Virus record (IMG/VR): IMGVR_UViG_3300042146_000099
Span: 9,470 to 73,469 of that record
Length of the DNA: 64,000 bases
Reading direction: 5' to 3' (one strand)
Source: a virus
Positions 19,348-27,542 of the stretch are shown here, piece after piece (within the stretch, counting starts at the first letter, position 1; each line of letters starts with the position of its first letter). A program made the translations under genes and the position numbers. The notes under the pieces were generated by a model. The model did not search any database. It saw only the letters and a program-made list of their open reading frames with translations, and had not been told where the DNA came from.

Positions 19348-19524
19348 TCAGACCGACGACTGGAACGCCGCCACCGACACCCTGCCCGGACCCTTCGGCT
19401 CCTGCCCGCGGGGCGCGATCCGCGTCAACGCCGGCGAACCACCACCGCGGGCGAGACGGGCGAGCGGCACCCGCTCCGGACCGTCAGGCTCGGGCTGGTC
19501 GCCGGGGAGGAGGATCGTGTTCAT
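19348..19524 (-). CDS. FxSxx-COOH (FxsA-like) peptide 1, 58 aa
   Basis: Hand translation MNTILLPGDQPEPDGPERVPLARLARGGGSPALTRIAPRGQEPKGPGRVSVAAFQSSV*; absent from ORF track. Confidence 0.75.
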   Translation of the reverse strand: MNTILLPGDQPEPDGPERVPLARLARGGGSPALTRIAPRGQEPKGPGRVSVAAFQSSV

Positions 19525-19768
19525 CGGCTACTCGCTCTCGTCGTGCTGGTGCTGTGGGGACCGTACCGGGCGCGCGGGGTCTGGCATGCTGGTTGCGGCA
19601 ACGCTCGTCTGCTCGCGGGAAACCCGGGCCCCCGAGAATCCGTCGGGTGACAGCCGGGCGGGCCGTCTGCCGGGACAAGGCCGGAACCAGGGAACTGGAT
19701 CCCTCCCGCACTGCGGTTCCCCGTCGGGGAGGTCAGCCGCGCGGGATGCGGCCCCCGGAGACAGCACA

Positions 19769-19800
19769 CGGCCCGCCACCCTGACTGGGGTAGCGGGCCG
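19769..19800. terminator. Hairpin
   Basis: CGGCCCGCCACCC-tgactg-GGGTAGCGGGCCG. Confidence 0.45.
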
Positions 19801-19969
19801 TTGCCACGGGGCGCCCTCCGCTGCGGACCACCGACCGTACGCGCACGGTGTGGGTGAGGGAAGACCTCGAACGGGTGAACGGCACCCACTGTCGTACCCG
19901 CCCCGTACCCTGATCGTGCTGGCCCGTCGCAAGCTGCTGCCGACCGGTCAGTGGTGCTGAACAACAAGA

Positions 19970-20000
19970 GCGCCCCGCCTCACTGACCGAGGCGGGGCGC
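19970..20000. terminator. Hairpin downstream of DUF6221-like gene
   Basis: GCGCCCCGCCTC-actgacc-GAGGCGGGGCGC. Confidence 0.6.
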
Positions 20001-20033
20001 AGCTGTTCGGGGCTCAACCCCACGACGTGTCGC

Positions 20034-20453
20034 TCATGGCCAGTCCTCCTTATATCCGGGCCTGTCAGCGTATGGGAGGGCCATCTCGCGGACGGTCTGT
20101 TTCGCGAAGTGCACAAGACGCGGGATGCCGGACAGCATCTCCTCCTCGCAGCGGATGAGCATGCGCCTCTTGGCGTCGATCTCGCGCAGGACACGCGCCG
20201 GATCATGACGGGCGATGAATGCCGCCTGCCGCGCGCCGAGCGGGTTCAAATCATGACGCGTCGGCAGCCCGCTCTCCGGGTCGGTGTCGTACTCCAGCAC
20301 GGGATTGCCCATGTCGTCGTAGATCGCGCCATCACCCCGTTCGTGAGCGATCAGTTCCCAGCAGTCCCCGCCGTCCTGCCGTGCCGCACGCGCGGCCGCT
20401 TCTTCGGCGTCGAGCTGGGTGCTGAGCCAGCGCACAAGATCCTCCACGATCAC
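20034..20453 (-). CDS. DUF6221-like protein
   Basis: FIARHDPARVLREIDAKRR...MALPYADRPGYKEDW. Confidence 0.8.
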   Translation of the reverse strand: MIVEDLVRWLSTQLDAEEAAARAARQDGGDCWELIAHERGDGAIYDDMGNPVLEYDTDPESGLPTRHDLNPLGARQAAFIARHDPARVLREIDAKRRMLIRCEEEMLSGIPRLVHFAKQTVREMALPYADRPGYKEDWP

Positions 20454-20971
20454 CCCTCCGACTCCTGCTGCGCCTTCTTCTTCGCCCGGTCAGCCTTGGC
20501 CCGTTGCGCCGTACTCACGCCCTTGCTGATCTGCTGGGCGCGCTCCGGCGTGACACCGTAGGGCGTGATCACGACCAACGGCTTCCTCTGCCTAGTCACA
20601 ACGATGGGCATGCCTGACTCTGCCACCTGATCGATGGTCCCTCCCGCCCCCAGCGTGAAGCGCGAGATCGGCAGCACCTCGCCGGGAGGCGCGCCGTGTA
20701 CAGCGTGCACCCAGCGGACGGACGCCACGTTGTAGCGGGGGTGCTCCTCGTGGATCACACGCTGCTCCTCGGCCCACGCCGCCTCGCGGTCCGGAAGCCA
20801 CCGGATCTCCTTGGTCGAAACTTCCGGCCACCATTCCTTGTCGGCCTTGTGATCCGCGAAGCGCGTCTTGATGTCGTAGGTGATACCCACATACAGCAGC
20901 GTCTCGTCAGCGTCATAAAGCCGGTATACGGCTGTCTCGCGGGGGCCGCTGGATCGGTTCGGTACAGTCAA
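20450..20971 (-). CDS. GIY-YIG domain fused to Phd/YefM-like domain (copy 1)
   Basis: AVYRLYD..LLYVGIT...R...H...E...PRYN; IDQVAESGMPIVVTRQRKPLVVI. Confidence 0.75.
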   Translation of the reverse strand: MTVPNRSSGPRETAVYRLYDADETLLYVGITYDIKTRFADHKADKEWWPEVSTKEIRWLPDREAAWAEEQRVIHEEHPRYNVASVRWVHAVHGAPPGEVLPISRFTLGAGGTIDQVAESGMPIVVTRQRKPLVVITPYGVTPERAQQISKGVSTAQRAKADRAKKKAQQESEG

Positions 20972-21040
20972 GGCAGTGCCTTCCTTGCTTGGTTCGGCGC
21001 TTCACAGCCCGAGTGGCCTGGACCGCCGCTCGGGCTTCTC

Positions 21041-21343
21041 TCATTCCTCAGCAGGCTTCTTCCGGGGCTTCGTGCCCCACGCGCTGCCGTGGCCCCGCTC
21101 GATGTTCTGGACGACTCCGAGAGGCAGCTTCAGCCGGGCGGCGATCTTCCGATACGAGATCTCCTGCGCGCGCATCAGCTCGATCGCCTGCCGCTGGAAC
21201 TCGCGCAACTCGGGCGCCCGCTCCTTGTAGCTGGCCAACACCTCGCTACTCACCACGGCGCGCTCGATCGGGTCCTCGATCTCGTCGATCTCTCTCAGAG
21301 CGTCGATCACCTTGCGCGCCTCCTCGGTGACGTCGTCGATCAT
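21041..21343 (-). CDS. Small HTH regulator
   Basis: SYRKIAARLKLPLGVVQNIERG; start trimmed to MIDD. Confidence 0.75.
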   Translation of the reverse strand: MIDDVTEEARKVIDALREIDEIEDPIERAVVSSEVLASYKERAPELREFQRQAIELMRAQEISYRKIAARLKLPLGVVQNIERGHGSAWGTKPRKKPAEE

Positions 21344-21370
21344 TCCCGTCCTCCCAATGGGGCGGGCCAC

Positions 21371-21399
21371 TTGCCTCAGTGTATGCCATGGCATACGCT
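21371..21399 (+). promoter_or_regulatory. Sigma70-type promoter with 16-bp palindromic operator
   Basis: TTGCCT-17-TACGCT enclosing perfect palindrome GTATGCCATGGCATAC (21381-21396). Confidence 0.7.
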
Positions 21400-21515
21400 C
21401 GGATCGAGGGGCCAGCCCAAGGTTCCTCAGCACCAACAGGAATGCCCCGGACAGGAGTTCGCACCTCCTGCCGGGGCCAGCCATCCCCCTGCCGTGAACA
21501 GGAAGGACAGCCACC

Positions 21516-21716
21516 GTGGATCGTAACGGCCAGCCGCAAGCCGGGCCCAGCCCCCGCGCCATCGCCATCCGCAACGCCGCCGACGCGGCCAACGCCTACC
21601 AGGCCAGCCCGGACACGTACACGCTGCACCGCATGCAGTCCGCCGTACAGACCGCGCAAAACCTCGGCGCCACCCTCCGCGACATCCGCGCCGCACGCCC
21701 GGCGGTGACCTCGTGA
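21516..21716 (+). CDS. Small hypothetical protein
   Basis: RBS AAGGA; first gene after promoter. Confidence 0.55.
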   Translation: MDRNGQPQAGPSPRAIAIRNAADAANAYQASPDTYTLHRMQSAVQTAQNLGATLRDIRAARPAVTS

Positions 21717-21814
21717 CCTGCTGCGGCCGACCCCTCCAGCGCGACGGCCAGCAACTTGTCTGCGGACGCTGCGCCGCCTGGTACGACCCCGGCACCCAAG
21801 GAGCCGACCGATGA
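21713..21814 (+). CDS. 33-aa zinc-ribbon peptide
   Basis: MTCCGRPLQRDGQQLVCGRCAAWYDPGTQGADR*; 4-bp overlaps on both sides. Confidence 0.55.
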   Translation: MTCCGRPLQRDGQQLVCGRCAAWYDPGTQGADR

Positions 21815-21999
21815 GCGGCACCTACCCGTACACCCACACCTGGGACGAGGACGGCATCCAACGCCAAGCCCAAATCCACCTCGCCGACAACGGCAGCGAA
21901 GCCGTCTGGGACCCACGCACCCCCGGCGACTCCTACCCGTGGCAAGACCTCGACAACGAGAACCGCCGCCACAGCGACAGCGAAATCACCACCCTCTGA
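21811..21999 (+). CDS. Small acidic protein
   Basis: RBS AAGGAG. Confidence 0.55.
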   Translation: MSGTYPYTHTWDEDGIQRQAQIHLADNGSEAVWDPRTPGDSYPWQDLDNENRRHSDSEITTL

Positions 22000-22074
22000 A
22001 CCCCCCAAGACCGCCGCGCGCCCAGTACCACCCCCCGGCTGGGCGCGCGGCCTCGACTCCGAGAGGACCCCGCC

Positions 22075-22266
22075 ATGGGACTCAGGAACACCGTCGCCTT
22101 CGCCGCCACCCACGTCGCGGCCCAAGCCGCGCTGGACGCCGAAAACGCCGCCCCCGAAGACACGGCCGCGCTCACCCAGAAGGCGGAAGAGAAAGCCGCC
22201 CGCGCCGTCAGCCTCGGCGTAACCCCTGAGGACATCGCCGCCGCCACCAGCCTGCGCCGCCACTGA
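22075..22266 (+). CDS. Small hypothetical protein
   Basis: RBS GAGGA; C-terminus resembles that of 21516-21716 (A..LG.T..DI.AA). Confidence 0.6.
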   Translation: MGLRNTVAFAATHVAAQAALDAENAAPEDTAALTQKAEEKAARAVSLGVTPEDIAAATSLRRH

Positions 22267-22303
22267 CCGGCTGCCCGATCCGCCCATCCGAGAGGAACCC
22301 GCC

Positions 22304-22447
22304 ATGGACAAGAAGGTCACGATCTACGAATCCGACGGCGACGTCATCGAAACCAAGACCAGCGACGACGACACCGCCGCCGCCTACGAAGACCTGCCCT
22401 TCCAAGTCGGCCACATCACCCGCGTCGACGTGACCGACGCCGACTGA
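22304..22447 (+). CDS. 47-aa acidic protein
   Basis: RBS GAGGA; MDKKVTIYESDGDV...VDVTDAD*. Confidence 0.6.
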   Translation: MDKKVTIYESDGDVIETKTSDDDTAAAYEDLPFQVGHITRVDVTDAD

Positions 22448-22464
22448 AGCGACGAGGACCCGCC

Positions 22465-22878
22465 ATGACCGACACCATCGAAGCCATCCGCTACACCGCC
22501 GATGTCGTCGTCACCACCACCGACGGCCACGTCCTCCTCATCGAACGCGGCTGGGACCCCCACAAGGGCGCGTGGGCGCTGCCCGGCGGCCACGTCGACC
22601 CCGGCGAGACGTCCCGCACGGCCGCCGCTCGCGAGCTGGCCGAAGAGGCCGGCGTGCACGCGGCACCCACCGAACTCGTCCAGGTCGGTGTGTTCGACCA
22701 GCCCGGCCGTGACCCGCGCGGCCGGTACGTCACCGTCGCCTACCAGCTGACCGTCATCCCCGGAACGATCACCGAGCCGGGTGACGACGCGGTGCGCGCC
22801 GAATGGTGGCCGCTGAACGCCCTTCCCCGGCTGGCGTTCGACCACGCCGACATCCTCGCCGCCGCCCTCCAGAACTGA
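22465..22878 (+). CDS. Nudix hydrolase (pSAM2 Pif-like context)
   Basis: Nudix box GGHVDPGETSRTAAARELAEEAG; RDPRG; LAFDH. Confidence 0.92.
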   Translation: MTDTIEAIRYTADVVVTTTDGHVLLIERGWDPHKGAWALPGGHVDPGETSRTAAARELAEEAGVHAAPTELVQVGVFDQPGRDPRGRYVTVAYQLTVIPGTITEPGDDAVRAEWWPLNALPRLAFDHADILAAALQN

Positions 22879-22973
22879 CCGACTGGCGGTAGCCCACGGC
22901 CCACGTCCCAACCGGTACGCGGGCCCTGGAAATCCACCAGCCACCACCGCACCAACCCGAAAGGAGCCCCGCC

Positions 22974-23909
22974 GTGACCAGTCGACAGCCGGCCACTGAG
23001 CGCCGCTTCACGACTCTCACCCCGATCGCCCTGGTCTTCACCGCGGTGTCGCTGTGCTGGACTGGCTGGTCTATCACCGACCTGATCGAGTCCGGCGCCT
23101 GGGGCATCCTCGCCGCCGTGTCCGTCGACGGCCTGTGGGGAGTCGTCCAGTACCTCTCCTACAAGCGGATCGGCGGCCGAACCATCGAGGTCGTGGAATG
23201 GGTGACGCTCGTCGTCGCCTGCGCCCTCCTCGCCTGGCACGGCTGGACCATCACCCCGGCCGCGGCGTTCGCCGGCGCGCTCCCCCCGATCGTCGCGAAG
23301 ATCTCGTGGGTCGGGGACATCCGGCTGCGCATCCTGCGCTCTTACGATCCGACCGCGCTGACTGCGGAGCAGGAAGCCGAGATCAACGACGTTATCCGCG
23401 ACAGCGAGTACCAGGCCCGCCTGAAGGCCGCGCAGATCGAGCGGGAGGCTGCGGAGGACATCGCCGCGATCCGCGCCAAGGGCAAGGTCGACATGGAACG
23501 CCTTGAGGTCGACTTCGAGGTGGGCATCAAGGAGATCACCACGCGGGCCGACCTGAAGCGGCGGACTCCGGTCACGATCGACGATCAAGGCGCCGAGCGC
23601 GCCGAACCCGAACCCGGCCCGGTGGTCGCCGCGCTCACCGAACAGTTCGCGAGTCTGCGGTCCGTCCTCGGCGAACTCGCTCGCGATCGCACCGCCGAAC
23701 TCGACCCGAACCCGCTGGTCAACACGGCGAATCAGGTTCGCGAACCCGTCGCGAGCGTGGCCGATCTCGCTCGCGATTTCGTCGGGAAGATGAGCGACAA
23801 CAAGCACGTAACGGAAGCGATCATGCGCGTCCGTCCGGAGGCCAACCGGGACTCCGTTGCCGCCGCCGTCCGCAAGGCGCGCAAGACAGCCGAAGGGCCG
23901 TACCTGTGA
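22974..23909 (+). CDS. SpdB-like spread protein (4 TM, coiled coil, C-terminal helical domain)
   Basis: Four N-terminal hydrophobic helices, ALPPIVAK, coiled coil; upstream of Tra ATPase. Confidence 0.6.
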   Translation: MTSRQPATERRFTTLTPIALVFTAVSLCWTGWSITDLIESGAWGILAAVSVDGLWGVVQYLSYKRIGGRTIEVVEWVTLVVACALLAWHGWTITPAAAFAGALPPIVAKISWVGDIRLRILRSYDPTALTAEQEAEINDVIRDSEYQARLKAAQIEREAAEDIAAIRAKGKVDMERLEVDFEVGIKEITTRADLKRRTPVTIDDQGAERAEPEPGPVVAALTEQFASLRSVLGELARDRTAELDPNPLVNTANQVREPVASVADLARDFVGKMSDNKHVTEAIMRVRPEANRDSVAAAVRKARKTAEGPYL

Positions 23910-24205
23910 CCAAGCCGACGCTCCTCCTCGTGTCCGTGGCCGGCCTCCTCGCCGCCGCGATTGCCGCCTCGTGGTTCCCCAGCAGCCCGCTCCTCGCGGC
24001 CGTCGCCGGGTATTGCGCGGTCGTCGGGTCGCTCGCCCACGCCACCGGCGCTCCCGTGTGGCGGACCGTCGGCGCGTCCTGCCTGCTGCTCGCCGCGACG
24101 CTCGCCCTGCTCCTGAAGGCGCTGCGGCACCTGATCGACCTGACCCTGTGGATCCTCGGCGCCACCAGCGCCGTTGCCCTCACCGCTGCGAAGGCCACCG
24201 CATGA
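23906..24205 (+). CDS. Small hydrophobic membrane protein (Spd-like)
   Basis: Almost entirely hydrophobic; coupled between spdB-like and tra-like genes. Confidence 0.6.
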   Translation: MTKPTLLLVSVAGLLAAAIAASWFPSSPLLAAVAGYCAVVGSLAHATGAPVWRTVGASCLLLAATLALLLKALRHLIDLTLWILGATSAVALTAAKATA

Positions 24206-26157
24206 ACACCCCCAACGCCCCGGTGTACACGCCGATCCCGATGACGATGACGGCCGACGGCGCCACCGCCCAGTACAAAATCCCAGGTCACGGCCTTGCG
24301 GTGTCGTCGTCGTCATCGTCGTCGTCACGCCGGACCTGGAACCGCTGCCTGTACTGCGCCACCACCTTCGGCCAGTGGATCGCACGCCGCCGCTACGAAC
24401 TCGCCCCCGCCGCCGGCACCAGCCTGATCACCACGCTCGGCCTCGCCCAAGACGGAATGGGCGCAGCCCTCGCCTACGGCACCCTCGCCGCCGGAGCCGG
24501 TGCCGCCGCTCTCGCCGGCCTGAAGCACAAGAACCCGCTCGTCACACACGTCGGGGCCGCCGGATTCATCGCCCTCGCCGACATCACCACCGCGGTCACC
24601 GCCGGGTTCTCGTGGCCGACCGCGACCGCCTGGGCCCTGTCCACGGGCGCCGCGTACGGGGTGTACGGGCCGTGGCTCGCCACCCAGCGCAACGCCCGAA
24701 TGAAGCTGCACGTCGACACCGTCAAAGCCAAGGGCGCCGTCCCCGAGGCGCTCGGCCTGGAAGCCGCCGACCCCGGCCTGACCGGAGCGTCCCCCGAGGA
24801 GACAGCGCTGCGCCGCGGCTTCCACGCCCTCACCGGCGCCGTACCGCTCGCCGTCACTGCGTTCCACCGCATGGCCGACGGCTCCTGGTCGTGCCTGCTG
24901 AAGACGCCGCCCGGGAAGAACACCGCGCCCGCCCTGCTGGCGAAGCGAGCCCAGCAGCTGCAGGCCAACATGGGCGTGCCCGGCAAGCTCACTCTCGCCG
25001 AGGGCCCGGAAGCGAACGACTTGATCGTCAAGGTCGCCATGTCCGACGCGCTCGCCGCCACCCTCACCGTCACCGACACCGGCGTCACCACCTGCCGCGA
25101 ACCCGTCCTCCTCGGCCGCGACGAAGACAGCAACGAGTTCCTCCTCACCTTGCTGTACCGGCACACCCTCGTGGCCGGCGCCTCCGACTGGGGGAAGTCC
25201 GGCATCGTCAACCTCATCCTGAAGCGCCTGAACCGGTGCACGGATGTGGACCTGTACGGCATCGACATGAAGCCCGGCGCGCCCGAGCTTGGGCCGTGGC
25301 GCGGCCGGATGAAGAAGCTGGCGACCACGAAGGAGGAAGCCCGCGCGCTGCTGCTGTGGCTCCGCGGTGAGTGCCAGCGGCGTGGCGCGATCCTGGAGGC
25401 GCTGTCGAAGCAGGCGATGGCTGAGGGTCGGGGCCCGGTCCGTAAGTGGATTCCCGGCGTTCACGGGCCTGCGATCTTCGTGGTCACCGACGAGCTCGCC
25501 GAGCTGGTCCGCCAGGATCCGGAGCTCGCTGAGATCTACGAGTCGCTGCTGGCCATCATGCGGTTCCTCGCCATGCAGTGCGTGTCCGCGACCCAGCAGC
25601 CGTCCCGGAAAGTCTTCGGCGGGTCCACCGACGCCCGCGGCAACTACGGCAACCGCATCTCCACCCGCGCCGGCGAGGCCGGGCACGCGCCGCTCATCTT
25701 CGGGCAGGGGTGCCAGAAGAACGGGTGGCGGCCGGAGCTCCTCGACCTGCCGGGGAAGTTCCTCGCCCAGACCCCGGAGCACGACACCCCGCGTGTGTAC
25801 CGGGCCGAGTACGTGTCCGACACCGACATCGCGGCGGAGGTCGGCTTCTACTACTCCGACATGCGGGACACCGAGGAACAGCCCGCGATCACCGACGAGC
25901 CATGGGTGAAGATCTTCGCCGACCCGAAGTTCCCCGACGGCACACCGTGCACCGCAGGCCAGTGGCGGGACCTGTACCGCGTGTTCGCCGACATGAAGGA
26001 CGGGGCGACGAAGAAGGAACTCGCCGAGGCGTGCAACATCAGCCGGGACACGGCGATGCGCGCGATCGACGAGTGGACCAAGCACGGGGTGTTGGAGCGC
26101 CGCGATGGCCGCTCCCGTCGCTACTACCTGCCCGGAGCCACCAATGAGTCTGCCTGA
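24202..26157 (+). CDS. traB: TraB-like FtsK/SpoIIIE conjugative DNA translocase
   Basis: N-terminal TM region, Walker A AGASDWGKS, IDMK, Walker B FVVTDELAE, ATQQP, C-terminal wHTH. Confidence 0.85.
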   Translation: MNTPNAPVYTPIPMTMTADGATAQYKIPGHGLAVSSSSSSSSRRTWNRCLYCATTFGQWIARRRYELAPAAGTSLITTLGLAQDGMGAALAYGTLAAGAGAAALAGLKHKNPLVTHVGAAGFIALADITTAVTAGFSWPTATAWALSTGAAYGVYGPWLATQRNARMKLHVDTVKAKGAVPEALGLEAADPGLTGASPEETALRRGFHALTGAVPLAVTAFHRMADGSWSCLLKTPPGKNTAPALLAKRAQQLQANMGVPGKLTLAEGPEANDLIVKVAMSDALAATLTVTDTGVTTCREPVLLGRDEDSNEFLLTLLYRHTLVAGASDWGKSGIVNLILKRLNRCTDVDLYGIDMKPGAPELGPWRGRMKKLATTKEEARALLLWLRGECQRRGAILEALSKQAMAEGRGPVRKWIPGVHGPAIFVVTDELAELVRQDPELAEIYESLLAIMRFLAMQCVSATQQPSRKVFGGSTDARGNYGNRISTRAGEAGHAPLIFGQGCQKNGWRPELLDLPGKFLAQTPEHDTPRVYRAEYVSDTDIAAEVGFYYSDMRDTEEQPAITDEPWVKIFADPKFPDGTPCTAGQWRDLYRVFADMKDGATKKELAEACNISRDTAMRAIDEWTKHGVLERRDGRSRRYYLPGATNESA

Positions 26158-26581
26158 GCCCTACCAGCGCTACGCACACCCGCCCGTCGTCACGCCGGCC
26201 AACGTCGAGCTGTACACGGAGCGGCCCCCGATCGCCTGGGTTGCTGACCCCCGTGACCCGTCCCTGTCTGTGCCGATTGATGCCCGGCTCATTCAGAGGC
26301 CGGAGCCTGCACCGCCGCGGGATTTGACCCCGCAGCCTCTGTTCGACCCGCTGGCGCAGCGTCTCCTCGCTGGCGGGCTCGGTGTCGGTGCCGCGGGTGC
26401 TGGTGTCGGGTTCGGCCTCGGCCAGTTGGCGGCCGGGTTTGCGTTGATGGGGACGAGTGGGCTGGCGCTGCTGGTCGGCCTGTTGCTGGCGGCCAGCGTG
26501 CGGGGTGGGTCGGTGACGCATGTCCGGCAGGAGGTCCACAACCATGCGAAGTGGTTCGGGAGGAACACGACGAACCTGTGA
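26144..26581 (+). CDS. SpdD-like membrane protein
   Basis: Pro-rich N-terminus, Gly/Ala-rich TM hairpin; directly after tra-like gene. Confidence 0.55.
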   Translation: MSLPEPYQRYAHPPVVTPANVELYTERPPIAWVADPRDPSLSVPIDARLIQRPEPAPPRDLTPQPLFDPLAQRLLAGGLGVGAAGAGVGFGLGQLAAGFALMGTSGLALLVGLLLAASVRGGSVTHVRQEVHNHAKWFGRNTTNL

Positions 26582-26604
26582 GCGTGCCACACTGAAAGCC
26601 CCCT

Positions 26605-26637
26605 GGCCTCGCCGCGTCCCCCCGTCGCGGCGAGGCC
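26605..26637 (+). terminator. Hairpin upstream of peptide 2
   Basis: GGCCTCGCCGCG-9nt-CGCGGCGAGGCC. Confidence 0.5.
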
Positions 26638-26659
26638 GCCTCACATCCGGGAGCCCCTC

Positions 26660-26782
26660 ATGGTCGTCACGATCAAACCCCGTCCGCCGGCCGCCGCGTT
26701 GCCGCGTCCGGTGGTGCCTCTCGCGAGGGTGGTGCCGCGTCCGACAGCTCGGCGGGGTGCGTCGTTCACGTCGGCGTTGTAG
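26660..26782 (+). CDS. FxSxx-COOH-like peptide 2, 40 aa
   Basis: RBS GGGAG; MVVTIKPRPPAAALPRPVVPLARVVPRPTARRGASFTSAL*; absent from ORF track. Confidence 0.65.
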   Translation: MVVTIKPRPPAAALPRPVVPLARVVPRPTARRGASFTSAL

Positions 26783-26794
26783 CCGTCTACGAGT

Positions 26795-26823
26795 AGGCCC
26801 CGCACCGGTCCGGGCGGGGCTTT
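26795..26823 (+). terminator. Intrinsic terminator after peptide 2
   Basis: AGGCCCCGC...GCGGGGCTTT. Confidence 0.6.
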
Positions 26824-26837
26824 CGTCATGCGGTGAG

Positions 26838-27008
26838 CTACCAGCCGGAGGCGTCGGGCCAGAACTCGTCATCGTCGGGTGGGCAGGTGCACAGGTCAGA
26901 CCATTCGGCGACGCCGCATTCGCATCGTGGGCAGTCGCAGGAGCCGATGCCGTCGCCGTATCCGTGGTGCAGGTCGGGGAGGTTGCACACGTCGCATCGC
27001 GCGCTCAT
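26838..27008 (-). CDS. 56-aa Cys-rich protein
   Basis: MSARCDVC...CDCPRCECG...CTC...W*; 4-bp overlap with upstream gene. Confidence 0.55.
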   Translation of the reverse strand: MSARCDVCNLPDLHHGYGDGIGSCDCPRCECGVAEWSDLCTCPPDDDEFWPDASGW

Positions 27009-27238
27009 GTGGGCTCCTCGTCCGGGCGCACCGGGCCCGCGCTTCGGCAGGCGCGGCAGGTGACTGCGATCTCGGTCGATGCGGAGAGCGGCCGGTCGAC
27101 GGTGCGCCCGATCGAGTCCTCCAAGACGATGCGCTTCCCGCAGGCGGTGGTCATCGGTCGAGTGTGCGGGACGGGCACGTCGTGGACACGGGTGCCGCCC
27201 TTGAGGCGGATACGACGGGTCTCCTCAGCCTTGAACAC
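27005..27238 (-). CDS. Small zinc-binding protein
   Basis: VH...TACG...VTCRAC. Confidence 0.55.
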   Translation of the reverse strand: MFKAEETRRIRLKGGTRVHDVPVPHTRPMTTACGKRIVLEDSIGRTVDRPLSASTEIAVTCRACRSAGPVRPDEEPT

Positions 27239-27542
27239 TGGCGCTCCGTTCCGGGCAGGTGCGTGGGTCTTCCCCGTCGCACGCCTCGCACCAGTGCTGG
27301 ATCACCGCGAGCGGCGCCTGACACAGGCAGTCCTCGCCGGGGCACTCCTCGATCTCCGCGCGGCAGCACTGGTGCACGAGGTGCCACGCCAGCTCCGGCC
27401 AGTCCGGCGGGTACTGGGTATCGCAGTCACCGCCGACGCCTTGGCAGCGCGGCCACGAGTCCTCCTCGCGCGGCGGCAGGTTGTCCCACGGCAGCGGCGA
27501 CAGCCATGAGGGGCGTTCGGGGGTCTCGCTGGTCGTGGTCAT
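27225..27542 (-). CDS. Cys-rich hypothetical protein
   Basis: Coupled to GIY-YIG-Phd gene. Confidence 0.55.
   Translation of the reverse strand: MTTTSETPERPSWLSPLPWDNLPPREEDSWPRCQGVGGDCDTQYPPDWPELAWHLVHQCCRAEIEECPGEDCLCQAPLAVIQHWCEACDGEDPRTCPERSASVQG

Noticed and set aside
19279-19967. Track ORFs 19279-19650, 19517-19960, 19521-19967, 19528-19932
   Set aside because: Low-complexity Arg/Pro/Gly products running through hairpins; the short minus-strand peptide is the better reading
24303-24327. TCG-repeat (poly-Ser) tract in tra-like gene as phase-variation site
   Set aside because: Trinucleotide, in frame and imperfect; slippage would not switch expression
19348-26782. Complete RiPP biosynthetic cluster
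   Set aside because: No radical SAM CxxxCxxC enzyme, HEXXH protein, protease or exporter in the window
21041-26830. Complete autonomous AICE or integrated plasmid
   Set aside because: No integrase, excisionase, RepSA-type initiator or att repeats visible
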